From: Mytilus trossulus
Taxonomy: Eukaryota
Assembly (NCBI RefSeq): GCF_036588685.1
Contig: NC_086376.1
Span: 90,995,630 to 91,059,629, forward strand
Direction: 5' to 3'
DNA: 64,000 nucleotides
The position numbers and the translations under genes are program-made. The notes under the pieces are model-generated. The model saw only the letters and a program-made list of their open reading frames with translations, made no database searches and was not told the DNA's origin. This document shows positions 13,901 to 27,715 of this stretch, piece after piece; position 1 is the stretch's first letter; each line of letters opens with the position of its first letter.

Positions 13901-15953
13901 TACCGATAAATTGACATCTTGACGAAAATTTGAAACCTAAAAGAGGTTAAGTTAAATGACAGTTATAATATAGAAACTCACTGGTTGTGATAATATATAA
14001 GCAAAGACGTTGACATTTAAACACAAACGTATGTTATCCCAAATAGGATAAAAATAAACAAATAAATCAACGATCTATTAAAACTAAAAGATTTATTTTG
14101 ATACACAGAAAACATCTACCCAAAAATAAACTTCTTGATGCAGTTTATGGAAACTAAAGTATCTAATTAAGCTAATTCGGAAATCATTCACAGAACAAGC
14201 TTTATATTCATATTGATCTATCAATAAATAACAGGGAGACATCACGGACATGAACACAACATAACTCAGAACTGATATCAATTCGATGATATGGTTAAGA
14301 TAAAGAGATGAAATACAAAATATTCTGTCAAAATTTCGTAGGACGACATCAAATATTTGAGCTTTAAGAAAACAACATTTTATAACTGCATAAATGTTAA
14401 AATAACAAATATAGAATTAATTATTATTATTTTGATTATAAGGAACGAAACTTGTACCGGACAAATGAATTAGATTGACTTCAGTACTAAAGTTTTACTG
14501 TGTAACTTGATAATAAGGAAACACATACATTTCACAAACATATTTTTTCATGAACCTAGATTTGTAATCGTACCAGTTTCATTGAAATGATAAGGTCATA
14601 TGCAAAGGAAACATTTAATATGTAGAGAAACATTTACATTAATCTTTAGGGAAACCCCACTTGAAAATCAGGTAAAAGCAACATTCCAATGAAAATGTTC
14701 AAAAACAAATAAAAAGAAAAACAGATATATACTTATCGTTAGAAACAGTTCTCGGAAAAGTAATTTCATTTAAATGGGCATCTCTTGCAATCAAATTAAG
14801 TCTTTGAGAACGTTTCAAAAGTGAGTCAAATTAAATACAGTCAAATATCGACAATAATAACTCATCTTAAATTCATCTGAACAATTGCTATACTAGGCAA
14901 TAGACAGTTGGAGATAAGTGATGATTTTCTAAAGATAAAATGTTTCTGGACTTAGTGGTGATTTCATTAGAAAACAATGGATGGTGATATAAATTGAAAT
15001 GATTAATCGTCAGAAAAAAAGTTTCAAAAATGGTGTTTGATAGTCAGTGAGTTTTTGTTATCTTTCTCAGATGTGACTAGTTTTTCTAATGTTTATAAAG
15101 AAAACATCTGCCTATTATCGTACTTAAGATCCTTAATCAGAACATGACTGCGCTAGTTGTTTTAATAGTCACCACCTGATAGGTGTTGCAAAGAGAGTCG
15201 TCCCATGTTTTAATTTGTTTAACTATGCATCAACAAATTTAAAGGTTCAGCTCTTCCTCTTATTTTCATGCTCGATAAGTAACTTACTTGTGGAACCTAT
15301 TGCAAGGAGAATAATTTGTGTAATTTGTAAAGTCTTGTCTAAGAGTCGTATATATTGTTATTCCACGGATTATAGGAAATCAAACTATAAAATCCATTTG
15401 ACATAAATAAAAGTATAATGAACTTGATCTGTTTTTAACGCTGAACGTCCTTGGCTTGTTGATACATCCACTTTATATTCATCATTAAGAACATCTTCTG
15501 TATGAGAATGACTTAAATTAAATAAGATACATTTTGTTCAATACATATTTTGAAGAATCAAATCCTTCTTTTAAAAATGCATCATGATTACAGCTTTTCA
15601 TATTACGATATCTAAATCAACCAATGTCCTTGAGAAAGGACAATAACATTTCGTAGTAGACATCTAGGTCGGTAGTAAATCATGTTTTATCACTTCGCAT
15701 TACACTACTTTGTTGCTGGCTTTCTCAGTCCGCTTGTTTGATGTTATATTGCTTACAGGGTACATGTAAAAGATCATATCTTAACTTTCGTATCAAAGTG
15801 TGATGTTATATGGCGATCTCACTTACAACCGAAAAAATATATTGTTACATTATGTACATTCAAGTGTAACAATAAATATTTTGTTGAATCATTGATCGAA
15901 CAGTCAGTGTACTGAAAGATCTGGTCCATTTAATATTAGTTTCAGTCGCCTAA

Positions 15954-16250
15954 TTTTTATGCCAACTTAATGGGCATAATGTTTTCTGGTCTGTGCGTTT
16001 GTTTGTTTGTTCGTTCGTTTGTTCGCTCATCCGTTCGTCTGTCCCGCTTCAGAAGTAAATGTTTGGTCGAGAAAGTTGTTGATGAAGTTGAAGTACAATC
16101 TATTTGCAACTTGGTACACATGTTCCCTATGATATGACCTTTCTAATTTTAATGCCACATTATATATTTAACCCTATTTTCACGGTCCACTGAATATAGA
16201 AAATTATAGTGCGAATGGGGCATCCGTGTACTATGGACATATTCTTGTTT
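15954..16250 (+). mobile_element. HINE/DINE-1-like (Helentron-associated) non-autonomous element
   Basis: T-run start ttttatgcc with a nearby inverted copy gggcataa, a (gttt/gttc/gtcc)n microsatellite, a central core, 3' ggggcat subterminal repeat, a small imperfect stem-loop and a terminal ttcttgttt. Confidence 0.7.
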
Positions 16251-18461
16251 CCGAGTGTTTTACCCAAACTAGAGTTTGTTTCGTTTTAGCATGAGAGTTA
16301 TGCTTATGAGTCTTTAGCGTTTTGGGAATAAGTGTCTAAACTATAGTTCATTTTACCAAAGCATATACGTCTGATTTTTAACTTCATAAGAGGATTGACA
16401 TGAGTGTTTCCTTACACTTAAGTTTATTCTGTATTCTGCTTTAGTTTTTCTGTCTACTGCTGAAGTAATAGTTGTATGTCTGTGTGATGTCATTGATTTG
16501 GTTATTTGTCAACGTGTGATTTATCATCGGTCGTGGTTACAATCCAAGCGTTTAAACCGTTTTTATAGGAATTTTTAACTTCGAGAATGGGATGAAAAAT
16601 TGTACATACTCACGTCGAATCTTTTTAAATGTCTTTCAAACTTCATAAATAATCGATATTGTCTTTTCAGAACCAATGAATACTATAATAATCATTTTTG
16701 CAAAATCCTGATAAATTCCAGCATGTCATAGTTGAGAACCAATCGTACAAGTTCACCAGTACTGCTCTGATCTGTTTTGACCTAGATAAGCCTTTTCCTT
16801 TGTGTCTAGCTTATATATACAACTAAGTATACATAAGCATTTCTTTTCTATCGTATCTATTTCAAAAATGTATATTGATATCTGGACACAAAAACCAACT
16901 AATTGACAGGTTAGGAAACCTTCATTATCTTATTTCAATTTCAAAATACCAGATTTGCTGCACATATTAGTGTAAATGTTTGCCTATAAATGTCCTTCTT
17001 GTTAAACTACCCTAAACAATTTATGCAATCAAAACAACGAAGACCTTCTATTTAATAGCAAACTAAGAAGAAGAGGTAAGATTGCAAATGAAACTACTCA
17101 CCAACAGACACCAACTGACGTAAAAGTAAGCAACTATAGAAAAAAAAACCATATTGAACGGCAACGAATGACGACCCTTAAATTACAAACGCTTTATCGT
17201 AATCCAGCCAGTTATTCCCTGATCGGGCCAAACCATAAAAATCATTTAATACACAAAACATGAAAAAATAATTGTCTTTTCCTGTGCAAAAATTTTGTCA
17301 GTTGTTTCATTTGTTTTCATCTCTGGGATAATCCTATATGAAATTTGACAATGCTAAAAGATCTTCGATATTAATTGTCGATAGTCGACTTGTCATTTCA
17401 AAATTATTAGATAGTGTAGACGAATTCTATAATAATTTATTACAAGTAAATTCTGAAATGTTAGGAATGACCGATTAGCATTTCTAGTGTGAGTAAAAAT
17501 AATATATAATCAGCAATTTCACTTCGATAATTGGCATCAAATATCGTTACATTATTTACTTTAAACAATGATGATTTCACTATTGTTTTAGGTGATTATA
17601 AAGGAGCGTGTATCTTGCTTAAAACTTAAATTTTTCTTTTTCTTAATATAAGTTATACAATTTTTATTACAGACGTATATGGACATGTTATAATTCACTG
17701 TTGTTTTGTGAACGGGAAACGCAAAAACACCAATGCTCTCTTATGTTAATGGTTCTGTTGAGTCGTAGCTTGAAAGGTATTTCATATTAAAGCATTTATA
17801 GTGATAAATGTTAGGGTTTGATTGTACTTGGTTGAGGAAACTCCGAATAGTCTCTTCGAATGAATGAAAAGATAAAGTGTTTATTTCATTAACTATAACT
17901 GGGTGGATACAGCTATTCTACCCCCCCCCCCCGCAAAAAAAAAAACACCAACAGAATTCCATATGTATTTTGGTAGCTAACTGAAAAATGACAACGAACG
18001 GATAAATTTGTTACAACCAGGGTCATTTTGAAACTGAATATTATCATACATATTATACAATTGGTGAAATACTAGCGCAAAACTGCTGCCGACATTTTTA
18101 GTCTCCGAGGACGGTATTAGCTTTGTAGTCAGTAATTTTGGACCTCCACGACTTTTATCATATATTTTGTTTTCTCTGTTTATAGATTAAGGTAAGATTT
18201 GGCCAAATCAAAATTTACAAGAAAATCTTTCAATATTTAAAACAAAACGATAAAAATTCAAAACGGAAGGTCCCTGATCAAAAAGCAAAGTCAAAAGAAC
18301 CACCAAACGAATGGGCAACACCTGTTGCTCATGTAATTTCAAAGCCGGTAAATAGTCTAATTCGGCAGGTCGCATTCATAAAAATGGAACAGGAATGTAG
18401 ATACGACATAAGGAAAATAAACTCATCATAGATAACAGGATTTAATTTTTTTTCCACTAAG

Positions 18462-18503
18462 GCCAGACGCGCGTTTCGTCTTCAAAAGACTTATCAGTGA
18501 CGC
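18462..18503 (-). ncRNA. Hammerhead motif (family 1A), probably inactive (G8A), in element ~18415-18625
   Basis: gcgtca-CTGATAA-gtcttttgaagac-GAAA-cgcgcg-TC-tggc; CUGAUGA is changed to CUGAUAA. Confidence 0.75.
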
Positions 18504-21500
18504 TCGAATCCATAAAAGTTAAAAAGGCCAAATGAAGTAAGAAGTTGAAGAGCATTGATAAGCAAAATTCCTTAAAATTTGTCAAAAACAGCTCAGGTAG
18601 TATATTCCTGAGGTAGAAAAGCCTAAGCAACATATCCGATATTATCTATGAAGCGTTTATTCCATAACAGTCAACCAATTTGTGGAGGTGTTCGTAAAAT
18701 TCACGAAGTGAGGATTCAAATTCATCATTTGGAACTCTTCGTTTAAAAAAGGTCACAATTGGGAGTCTGAAATCTTTTGTCGTTAAGTTTGGTTTTCCAT
18801 CGACCCTCATTGTCAATACTTATATGTTAGTCCTCATCAAATGGCAATATCTATGACTTCACTACACACACGGACATAACGAATGAGTGTGGATATATAA
18901 ACACCGTTTGATAGAGAAAATTGAATATCGCCTCCTGAGAAAGGAAAATTAACAAAAGGGAATGAAAAATCGTCTCTTTTGTCTTAAATATCAGTATAGA
19001 GTTTTCTTTTATAAATTGAAATGTCTCAAATTAGAACAACCCACTATTGCAGTTTAAATTAGATTTAGTTAAACTAAAATCCTTTGAGTAAATGTCAGTA
19101 GTATATTTAGAGAACTCTGGATTATAACTATATGTGTTGTTGAATGTATCAATTAAATGTAACAATGATGTGTCGTTACTGAGTTTGTTCATAAACTAGG
19201 ATTGGTAGCAGTACAGGAATGAATCTTCTATGATAGGGGTGCCGTTAGTGCCCATAGGAATACCTACTACTTGTCGATACATTTTATTGCCGAAACGTAA
19301 ATACATGTTGTCCAGGAGCAAATTTAAAGCTTCAATCCTATCTTCACATTTCCAGTAAGTGGTTATAGCATAAACTGGCTAAATATCTAATGTAACCTCC
19401 TATTTGGATGACAGTGTTGAATAGCCAAAAAGTCGGATACACAAATATTCAAATAGACAAGGTATAAAGCTGTAAGGGTGTTAGCAAATCAAGTAGTTAG
19501 TGATGTTGTGCAGAATCCGACTGTATTGTTTGATTTTTATTTTGAATTGTTTTTTGTTTTGTTTTTTGTACATATAATAGATTGAAGTTGTTAATCTTAA
19601 AATTATTTCATGACACGTTTGTTTCTTTACAAGTGTGTCCCGACTGATCGAAACACAGTCGTTCAGGATTGCGTGATAAAAAAAAAGCAAAAGTTTCCAC
19701 AGTCTCATCATTATGTGTCTTTTACTGTACAGAAAATTTGTGCGTTGTTTGATTTATTTATATCTCCGTGGGTTGTTTTATATAGAATTTGACGTTGCTA
19801 AAACATGTTTGCAAGTAATTGTTGATATCATGATATTGGAATAGTCTTCTCTTAATCATTTAAAATATATCACTGATGAATAACACATTATTAGTGATGA
19901 ATAAATTCTAAAATGCTAGACTTGACCGATTTACAATTTCAATATCAGTAACAATGTTTAATTAGCACATACTTTTCGATAATTGTCATCAAACAGTTGC
20001 AGTCGTTAATGAATTAAATAGAAAGTGATAAGTGAACCTTTAAAAAAATGTGATAATGAATGAGTGTTTGTCTTGTTTGAAAAGTGTGATTTAGCATTTT
20101 TTTCTTTCACAGTGATACAATTTATATATCAAACATATATGTACGTGTTGAAACACTCACAGCTTCACGGTGACTTTGTGAGAAGGACAAGCAAAACATC
20201 AATGTGTTTCTATGTTTTTGATTTTGCCCAGAAAATAGTTTATAACGTTATGACGTGTTTAAGCCTCCATATCTTTCAATGATTTGGGTATGAGCGTTTA
20301 TGTATGAGTTAAATTCAGAAGGGCACATCGAACGAACGGAATTTTAAGTTCATTTCATTTACTAGCACTAATTAAGAATAGATATACGAATCTGCCTGAC
20401 TGAAGGTAAATACAAAAAAGAGAGTACCATAGACAAAATGGTAAAAACTTATCAACATACGAGACGACAGACAAAAAACAACGTTCATATTCTTGACTTG
20501 TCACATGAACTTTCCCTAGAAAATAATGTGTAAACCTGGTTGTACTAACCAACAACTGGTATGTTATACCAAAACACCATCATGACCTTTCTTGTAAATT
20601 ACAAAAAACACACAAGCATTACTTTTCTTTTACAATATTTTATTCTGGATCTGCAAACGTCAAGATAAAATAATCTTACCAAACTGTACTTTATTATTTT
20701 AGAACAACTTGGAATGTATTATGTTTATATGCCCTTTTTATATTTTTTTTCATTCATTTTCAATTTGTTTTGAATTATGAACTATTGATATCATTGGTGT
20801 AATATTGTTACATTACAGCTAGTATTAATTAAACTAACACTTGATGACTTGCCTTGGAAATAATGTTCATCTTAAAAAACTTAAAAAGCAAGATATGATT
20901 AAAATACGTAGAAATATTAGAAGCTAAATAACATTAAGAGACTTTAAAATCTGTAAATTCAAAAAGAGGTACTTCTATGAAATAAAACGCTTAGTTATAT
21001 TTCCCAACGGATCAAACAGAATCAATCTGCCACATTCCTGGCTTGGTATAGGAATATATTGAAGACATTAGTGGGTTGACGGAACAAACAGAAACACTCT
21101 GCCACATTCCTTCCTAGGTTGGTAAAGGAATATATTGCAGAAATTAGTGGGTTGAATTGGGTTCATTATCCTGTTCTATACAGTATAAGGTATTTATATA
21201 GTAATATAGCCAAATGGCAAAAAGTTCCTAAAAGAGTGTAACAGGACAAATTCTAAATATATACATCAATATAGTCTGACTTTTCTTTCGGTATATGCCA
21301 ATACCCGTTGTAAGTTGTTTAGTTAAATCCTCTTTTTGAAGTTTTTCGGACACCTGAAACATTGAATGTCATAAAATTAAGTTACTTACCTATAAATAAT
21401 TCATTTGTCGTTTGTTTGCGTTTTATTATTTAACCAATGGTCGAGGAAAACATTTTGAGTATTGAGTACCTATAAATATTTAACCCCGTCGGATCATAAA

Positions 21501-21964
21501 GTACCTTTTACTGTGCAGCATATTATACAGCTGTGTGATAAGTTTTAGCTCTGGGTTTTCTCCATCATAATATTTGTCGGTGCTGGAAGATCTTCGATAG
21601 TATTTGCTGAAATTGGACATTTGGTTCTCTAAATTACTAGCTAGCATGGATAAATTCTACAAAAGTTTTAGACGAGAAAAGGTTAAAATGCCTTTACTTG
21701 ACCAATTAACATTTTCAGTGTGAGTAGCGATGTCTAATACGCACGTACACTAGGATAATAGGCATTATATAAAAATCATTTGCAGATGATAAAATCCGAC
21801 ATATTAAAAGTGATAATTAAACATATATACTTAAGTGATAATAATTGCTTGAAAAGTTTAATTTTCTCTTTTAGTTTCATTTACATAATTTATCTAACGA
21901 ACTGAATGTCGTAACGTTTTTCTCAAATGTGACCTATCAAATAAACTTATCAACGGTTTTGAAA

Positions 21965-22812
21965 AAAGTGAACTCACAAAAATACTAAACTCCGAGGAAA
22001 TTTAAAATGGAAAGCTCCTAATCAAATGGCAAAAATCTAAAAGCCCAAACACATCGAAAAATAAATTCACAAAAATACTAACCTCCAAGGAAAAATCAAA
22101 ACGGAAAGTTCCTAATTAAATGGTAAAATCAAATAAAAGAATCACATCAAACGAATGGACAACAACTGTCATATTCCTGACTTGATTCCGGTATTTTCAA
22201 ATGTAGAAAATGGTGGATGTATGACAATCGCATCAAATTCTATAATATTTACAAAGATGCGCGAACAGAACAGACATACTAGGTAAAATTGTCAAAAAAG
22301 CGGTACAGCAGTCATCACCATGTCACAATCTCAATTAAAACAAAACAAAACAAAATTTAACAAAGAAGCACAAAAAAGCATCTATAACATTTAACAACCA
22401 CATTTCATTGTTTTATTTATATATGTATTTTAAATAAACCCATAAATGATTAAAATAGTTGGAGTCCTGTGACTATGGCAAGGTTAACATCACACAGGAA
22501 GAGATATAAAATGATTTTGTCGTTCAAAGTATTTTCAAAATTATTTCAGAACAATAACATAATGGAATTATAATTGAACAATGAAATAATGGCGGGATAA
22601 TTAAAATTACAGAGACACATCATGTGCCAAAGAAACACAAAACGTAGAAAACACACAAGCAAAAAAAAACCCAACACATTGGCGGGATATATAGGTATCG
22701 AGTCACGTCAAATGGATAGCACCGAACGCAGACCAAACAGTAACAGTAATATTAATAATAGAACAAAGACAAATAAAAAACAAAATAACACTTTATCAAG
22801 CTGATAAACAAC
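21965..22812 (-). mobile_element. Inverted 3'-UTR/pseudo-LTR joined to the 5'-truncated RT copy
   Basis: Reverse complement of 22690-22812 (gttgtttatcagcttgataa...ttattaatattactgttactg...tatccatttgacgtgactc) matches 24967-25075 just after the RT stop. 22050-22330 matches 26200-26488 inverted. The terminal ~90 bp is tandemly duplicated. Confidence 0.75.
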
Positions 22813-24908
22813 GTATATGCCCTTCTTTCTCATCTACATCATCCGTTAGGGTTACATTTCATTAAAACTATTCTTTTTTCGCTGCCTGTTAATTTTCTAA
22901 AATGTTTGAGAGATTATGCACTTGACAAAGGAGGCACTAATACATTTTCTCCAATATACAGACGTGTCAGTATAATTTGTGATGTAGCTCTTTTCCGTCT
23001 CTTTAAACAAAAAAGATCGGAACCTTTACATGGGGAAAAGAGGAAATTCTCTCCTGTTTACTTTACCAATAATGGAATTGATGAAATCAACATCAACAAC
23101 GTTCTTCATCAAAAGGAGGTAACATCTAAAATTCCTATTTATTTTCAAAATCAAATTGTTCCTATTGTATCCTACAGTTACACCAAAATCATTGCCCCCA
23201 AAATATTTAACTATAAACAAGCATTTCAGGACCTTGATTTAGAACAATGCCTAAAAAAACCTCTGACATGTGACTGTTCCCACTCGCCTTACAATTACAG
23301 CCCCTCTGGCCATGTAATTACTGGGGATCTAAACATAATTCAACATGAAAATCTCCGAAAGGTAACTTCTCATGGTCCTATGTTTAGAGAACTCAACATA
23401 TCAATTGGAACCATACCTTCAAAATAATTCTGGATTACATTGAGAACTACGCCAGAGCATGGGCTAAACGTGAAGAAGTTCAACTGGACACTTTGTCAGA
23501 ATGGGTCAAAATAATCAGGTCTCTGATAAAACGTCGCATTCATAAGTTCAAAAACTGTGTGAATAATCGACTTAAGTCCATTTTTAGTGACAAAGAGGCA
23601 GTAAAATGTCTATCATCTGTTCAAGATAAGTATGTTGTTGTTCATGCGGACAAAGCTTCAAATAATATTGTCTTTATATGCAAATCGTACAACTACGAGT
23701 GTCTTATAAAAGAATTAGGAATAAATGGTTTTGGCGAATCATAAGTCCTTCATGGCTTCTATGAACATTGCATTGAACAACAAATCGGAGGACTTACCTT
23801 GTTTGTATTGGATACCTAAATTTCACAAAATTCCGTACAAACAACGGTACATTGCCGGCTCATCTGCATGTTCTATTTAAGATCTGTCCATTAGATTGAC
23901 TAAAATTATGTCCGCAGTTAAAGAGGGTGTTCAGATATACTGTGAAACTGTTTACTCGCGTAGTGGTATTAACCATATGTGGATTCTTAAAAACTCTAAA
24001 GAACTTCTGGATAATTTCAAATCTTGGTCTTTTTCCGAAATTAGTTCTATTAAAACTTTTGATTTTTCATTCTTGTATACAACCATTCCCCATGTGAAAT
24101 TGAAAAATCGTCTTAAAAAAATAATCCACAATGCTTTTCATCATAAAAATGGTAGCATACACTATAAATTTATCACTTTGGGATACCATAAGGCATATTT
24201 TGTTAATAAGGAACAAAAGGGAAAACATACTACAAAGAGGAACAAGTGATCAGTATGCTGGAGTTTCTTATTGAAAACTTATTTGTTGAATTTGCAGGTA
24301 GACCTTTTCAACAAATTGTCGACATTCCTATGTGATCGAACTGCCTTGCCGACATTCCTTTGGGATCGAACTGCCTTGCCGACCTCTTATTATTTTCATA
24401 TGAATCGGAGTCCCTTCAGACACTTGTCAAAAACAAGAAGATAAAAGAAGCCAGGTTATTTAATTTCACTTTCAGATATATTGATGATGTGCTTTCCTTT
24501 AAAAATCCGAACTTTTCTGATTGGTTTCCATTAATAAACCCACCAGAACTAAAAATTAAAGAGACAACAGACACGACCTCCTCAGCCTCATTTTTAGACT
24601 TATACCTCGAATTTGACATACACAGTCATCTCAGTACCAGAATCTATGACAAACGAGACGATTTTAATTTTGAAATTATCAATATCAATTTCCCCCACCT
24701 TAGTAGTAATATACCAACTTCACCTGCATATGAAATATACATTTCCCAACTTATGTGGTATTCAAGACCTTTCAGCTTCTATTCAGACTTTGTAAAACGT
24801 CACCAGTGTCTGAGCAGAAAATTGATGAATCAGGGGTATGTCAAAGAATTTCTCGTCCTTTTTCTAAAAAAGTTCATCGGAAGGTACCAAGAACTTGTTG
24901 ATAAATAA
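22813..24908 (+). pseudogene. Penelope-like retroelement RT, Naiad type (CxC linker + RT + thumb), 5'-truncated and frameshifted
   Basis: Consecutive ORF pieces carry TCDC..GHVITGDL (CxC linker), ADKASNN, LYWIPKFHK, KTFDFSFLYT (motif A), IP.GSNC (B'), FRYIDDVL (C) and YDKRDDFNF..FPHLSSNIP..YISQL (thumb). The ORF ends without a C-terminal GIY-YIG. Confidence 0.9.
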
Positions 24909-25189
24909 TCCGTATCAACTGCACAAATAATACAAGATGGTTTGGAGTCTTGATTTTGCGTACTGGCGTTGGTTATCATCTTAATAACATGTTAAAGTAT
25001 TCTTTTTTTTCTGTCTTTATTAATATTACTTTTACTGGTAAGTCAGATTTTTAGATATCCATTTGATGTGACTCTGTGCTTATGTAAAACATCATACTTT
25101 GAACGATAAAATTATTTCATTTATTAATATGTATATATGTACTCGAGATTTCGCCAATTTAGACGCACCGGTACAGCGGATCTATGTAC

Positions 25190-25573
25190 ACTCCCTAAGA
25201 ATTAAAATATTATCCCACCACCACAACAATCCCCACCAAACACCGCCCAAGGGAGCGTGTAGGACACCGGAAAATATGTCATTATGGTGGAGGAAGCCGA
25301 AGTTCTCGCAGAGAACCACCAGGCCACTCGGTGGAAACAGACAAACCAGAGAGATATCAGATGATTGATCTCCAGGTCAAATTAGGGGACAACTTTGACC
25401 AACCGAGGCTCCCAAAGTACCCATTCTAGTTTAAACTCCGGTCTGGGTACCAGAGATGTGTGCGAGAGGGTGAAAATAACCCTTCTGATGTACTGATATT
25501 TTTAGCACCCCGAGTGGGAATCGAACTCGGGACCTTCAGCACTGTAGCCATCGGTCTTAACCACTTGACCACG
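25190..25573 (-). mobile_element. tRNA-derived SINE
   Basis: The minus-strand head gtggtcaagtggttaagacc...gagttcgattcccactcgggg has Pol III A and B boxes and a D arm but no anticodon stem. The body contains ggtggttctctgcgagaacttcggcttcctccacca, which resembles the conserved central domains of mollusc SINEs. The 3' boundary is approximate. Confidence 0.8.
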
Positions 25574-25685
25574 AACTTACATTATTACTATATATTACTT
25601 TTTCTCATGGATCTTGTCATACTTTGAATGACTAAACTATTTTTTTCATTAATAATACTTTTTCTATTGAAATCTGTTTTTAATG

Positions 25686-26488
25686 ATCCACCATTTTCTA
25701 CTTTTGAAAATGCCTGTACCAAGTCAGGAATATGACAGTTCTTGTCTATTCGTTTTTGATGCGTTTTGTTATTTGATTTTGCCATGTGATTATGGACTTT
25801 CCGTATTGATTTTCCTCTGAGTTCAGTATTTTTGTGATTTTACGTTTTATACATTTGACGTGACTCTGTACTTATGCATCTCGCCATACTTTGAACCACA
25901 CAATTATTTTATTTATTATTTTTACTTTTACTGTTAAGTCTGTTTTTTTGTTATATCTACTTTGCGGGACTCTGCATTTATGTGTGCCGGCAAACTTTTA
26001 ACGACAAAATTATTTTATGTCTACCTGTGCGAATTTCAAACGCGGAATTTTACACCAGGACTTCCATCCTTTACGGGTAGACTCTTCATAGATATATAAA
26101 TTCGTAAAAGATAAGCAAAATGAGGATGGTAAATTTGATGTATGCCGTTTTCTTCTTCTTTGGTACATTTGTTGTATTTATAGTGATTAAGATGATAACA
26201 CAATGTTGACTGCTGTACCCCTAATTTTGACATTTTTACTCTTTGAGGATGTTTGTTTTGTTCACGCATCGTTGACAATGTAGTGGAATTTGATGAGACT
26301 TGCATACAAGTGAGATATTTAGCTAGCTATAAAACCAGGTTCAATCCACCATTTTCTACATTTGAAAATGCATGTACCAAGTCAGGAATATGACAGTTGT
26401 TATCTATTCGTTTGATGTGTTCGGACTTTTGATTTTGCCCTTTGATTTAGGACTTTCCTTTTTGAATTTTCCTTCGAGTTCAGTATTT
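25686..26488 (+). mobile_element. Family B 3'-UTR/pLTR segments: terminal fragment plus long copy
   Basis: 25686-25850 and 26345-26488 share tccaccattttctac...gtaccaagtcaggaatatgacagtt...gagttcagtatttt. 25852-25910 repeats 25060-25120. Confidence 0.8.
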
Positions 26489-27715
26489 TACAAAGTCTGA
26501 GGAGCTGCCAGGGGTTGAATATCGGATAAGTTGCGAAACGTATATCCCATAATCAGGTGAAGTTGGTATATTGCTACTAAGGTAAGGGAAATTGATAAAT
26601 CTGGGGGATATACTAATAGAACAAATCAGAAAAGTTCGGATTGTTAATGGAAAGAACATCATCAATATATCTGAAAATGAAATTAAATAATCTGGCTTCT
26701 TTGCTTTTTTTTACAATTATCTGAAAGAACTCCGATTCGCATGAAAATAAGGAAAAGTCGGCAAGGTGAGGCGCACATTTCCAAAGAAATGCCATATTCA
26801 ACAAATAAGTTGTCGATAAATCCAGCATACTGATCACTTGTTCCTCTGTGTAACACCTTTTACTCTCTTGTTCGCTATTAACCTAATATTATGATATCCC
26901 AAAGTAATAAATTTATAGTGTATGCTACCATTTTCATGTTTAAGGGCATTGATAATTTCAGGCGATTGTTCAATTTCACATCGGGAATGGCGGTATACAG
27001 GTTTGAAAAATGAAAAGTGTTTTCTATGGAACTAATTTCAGAAAAAGACCAAGATTTAAAATTATCCTGAAGTTCTTTACATTTTTTAAAGAATAAACAT
27101 ATGGTTGATATTACTACACGAGTAAACAGTTTCACAGAATTTCTGAAGATCCTCTTTCACTGCGGACAGAATTTTAGTCAATCTAATGGACACTTATTTA
27201 GTGGAACATTAGGTATTCAATACAAACAAGGTAAGTCTTCCAATTTGTTGTTAAATGCAATGTTCATTGAAGCCATGAAGGACTTATGATAAGCCAAAAT
27301 ATAATCCTTGTCAAATGATATGTTCTTGTATGTATGATTACCTGATCATAGTGCTCATTTACACCTAATGCTGTTATTAGACATTCGTAGTAATACGATT
27401 TACATACAAAGATAATATTATTTGAAGCTTTGTGACGTTTTATCAGAGACCTGATTGTTTTGACCCATTTTGAAAAAGTGTCCAGTTCAACTTTTTTTCG
27501 TTACATCCATGCTCTGGCGTATTCCTCAATGGAATTCATAATTATTTTGAAGGTATGGTTCCAATTGATATGTTGAGGTTCTCTTAACTTAGGACCATGA
27601 GAAATTACCTTTCAAAGATTTTCATGTTAAATTATGTTTAAATCCCTAGTTACAACATGGGCAGAGGGGTTGTAAATATAACGCGAGTGGGAACATTCAC
27701 ATGCCAGATGGTTAT
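26489..27715 (-). pseudogene. Second, inverted and internally deleted copy of the same Naiad-type RT
   Basis: Minus-strand ORF pieces DNFKSWSFSEISSI, CAPHLAD, EARLFNFIFRYIDDVLSINNPNFSD and FPYLSSNIPTSPDYGIYVSQLIRYS are closely similar to the 23250-24795 copy. Confidence 0.9.

Noticed and set aside
21025-21156. Short two-copy duplications (about 75 bp here, about 30 bp at 47412-47473)
   Set aside because: Ordinary local slippage duplications with no further structure.
24320-24385. In-frame TGA as selenocysteine, as described for some clam Naiads
   Set aside because: The TGA replaces the Gly of PMG within a ~30-bp local duplication, not a Cys, and the copy has many other stops and frameshifts.
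25508-25573. tRNA gene
   Set aside because: No anticodon or acceptor stem pairing; it continues into a SINE body.
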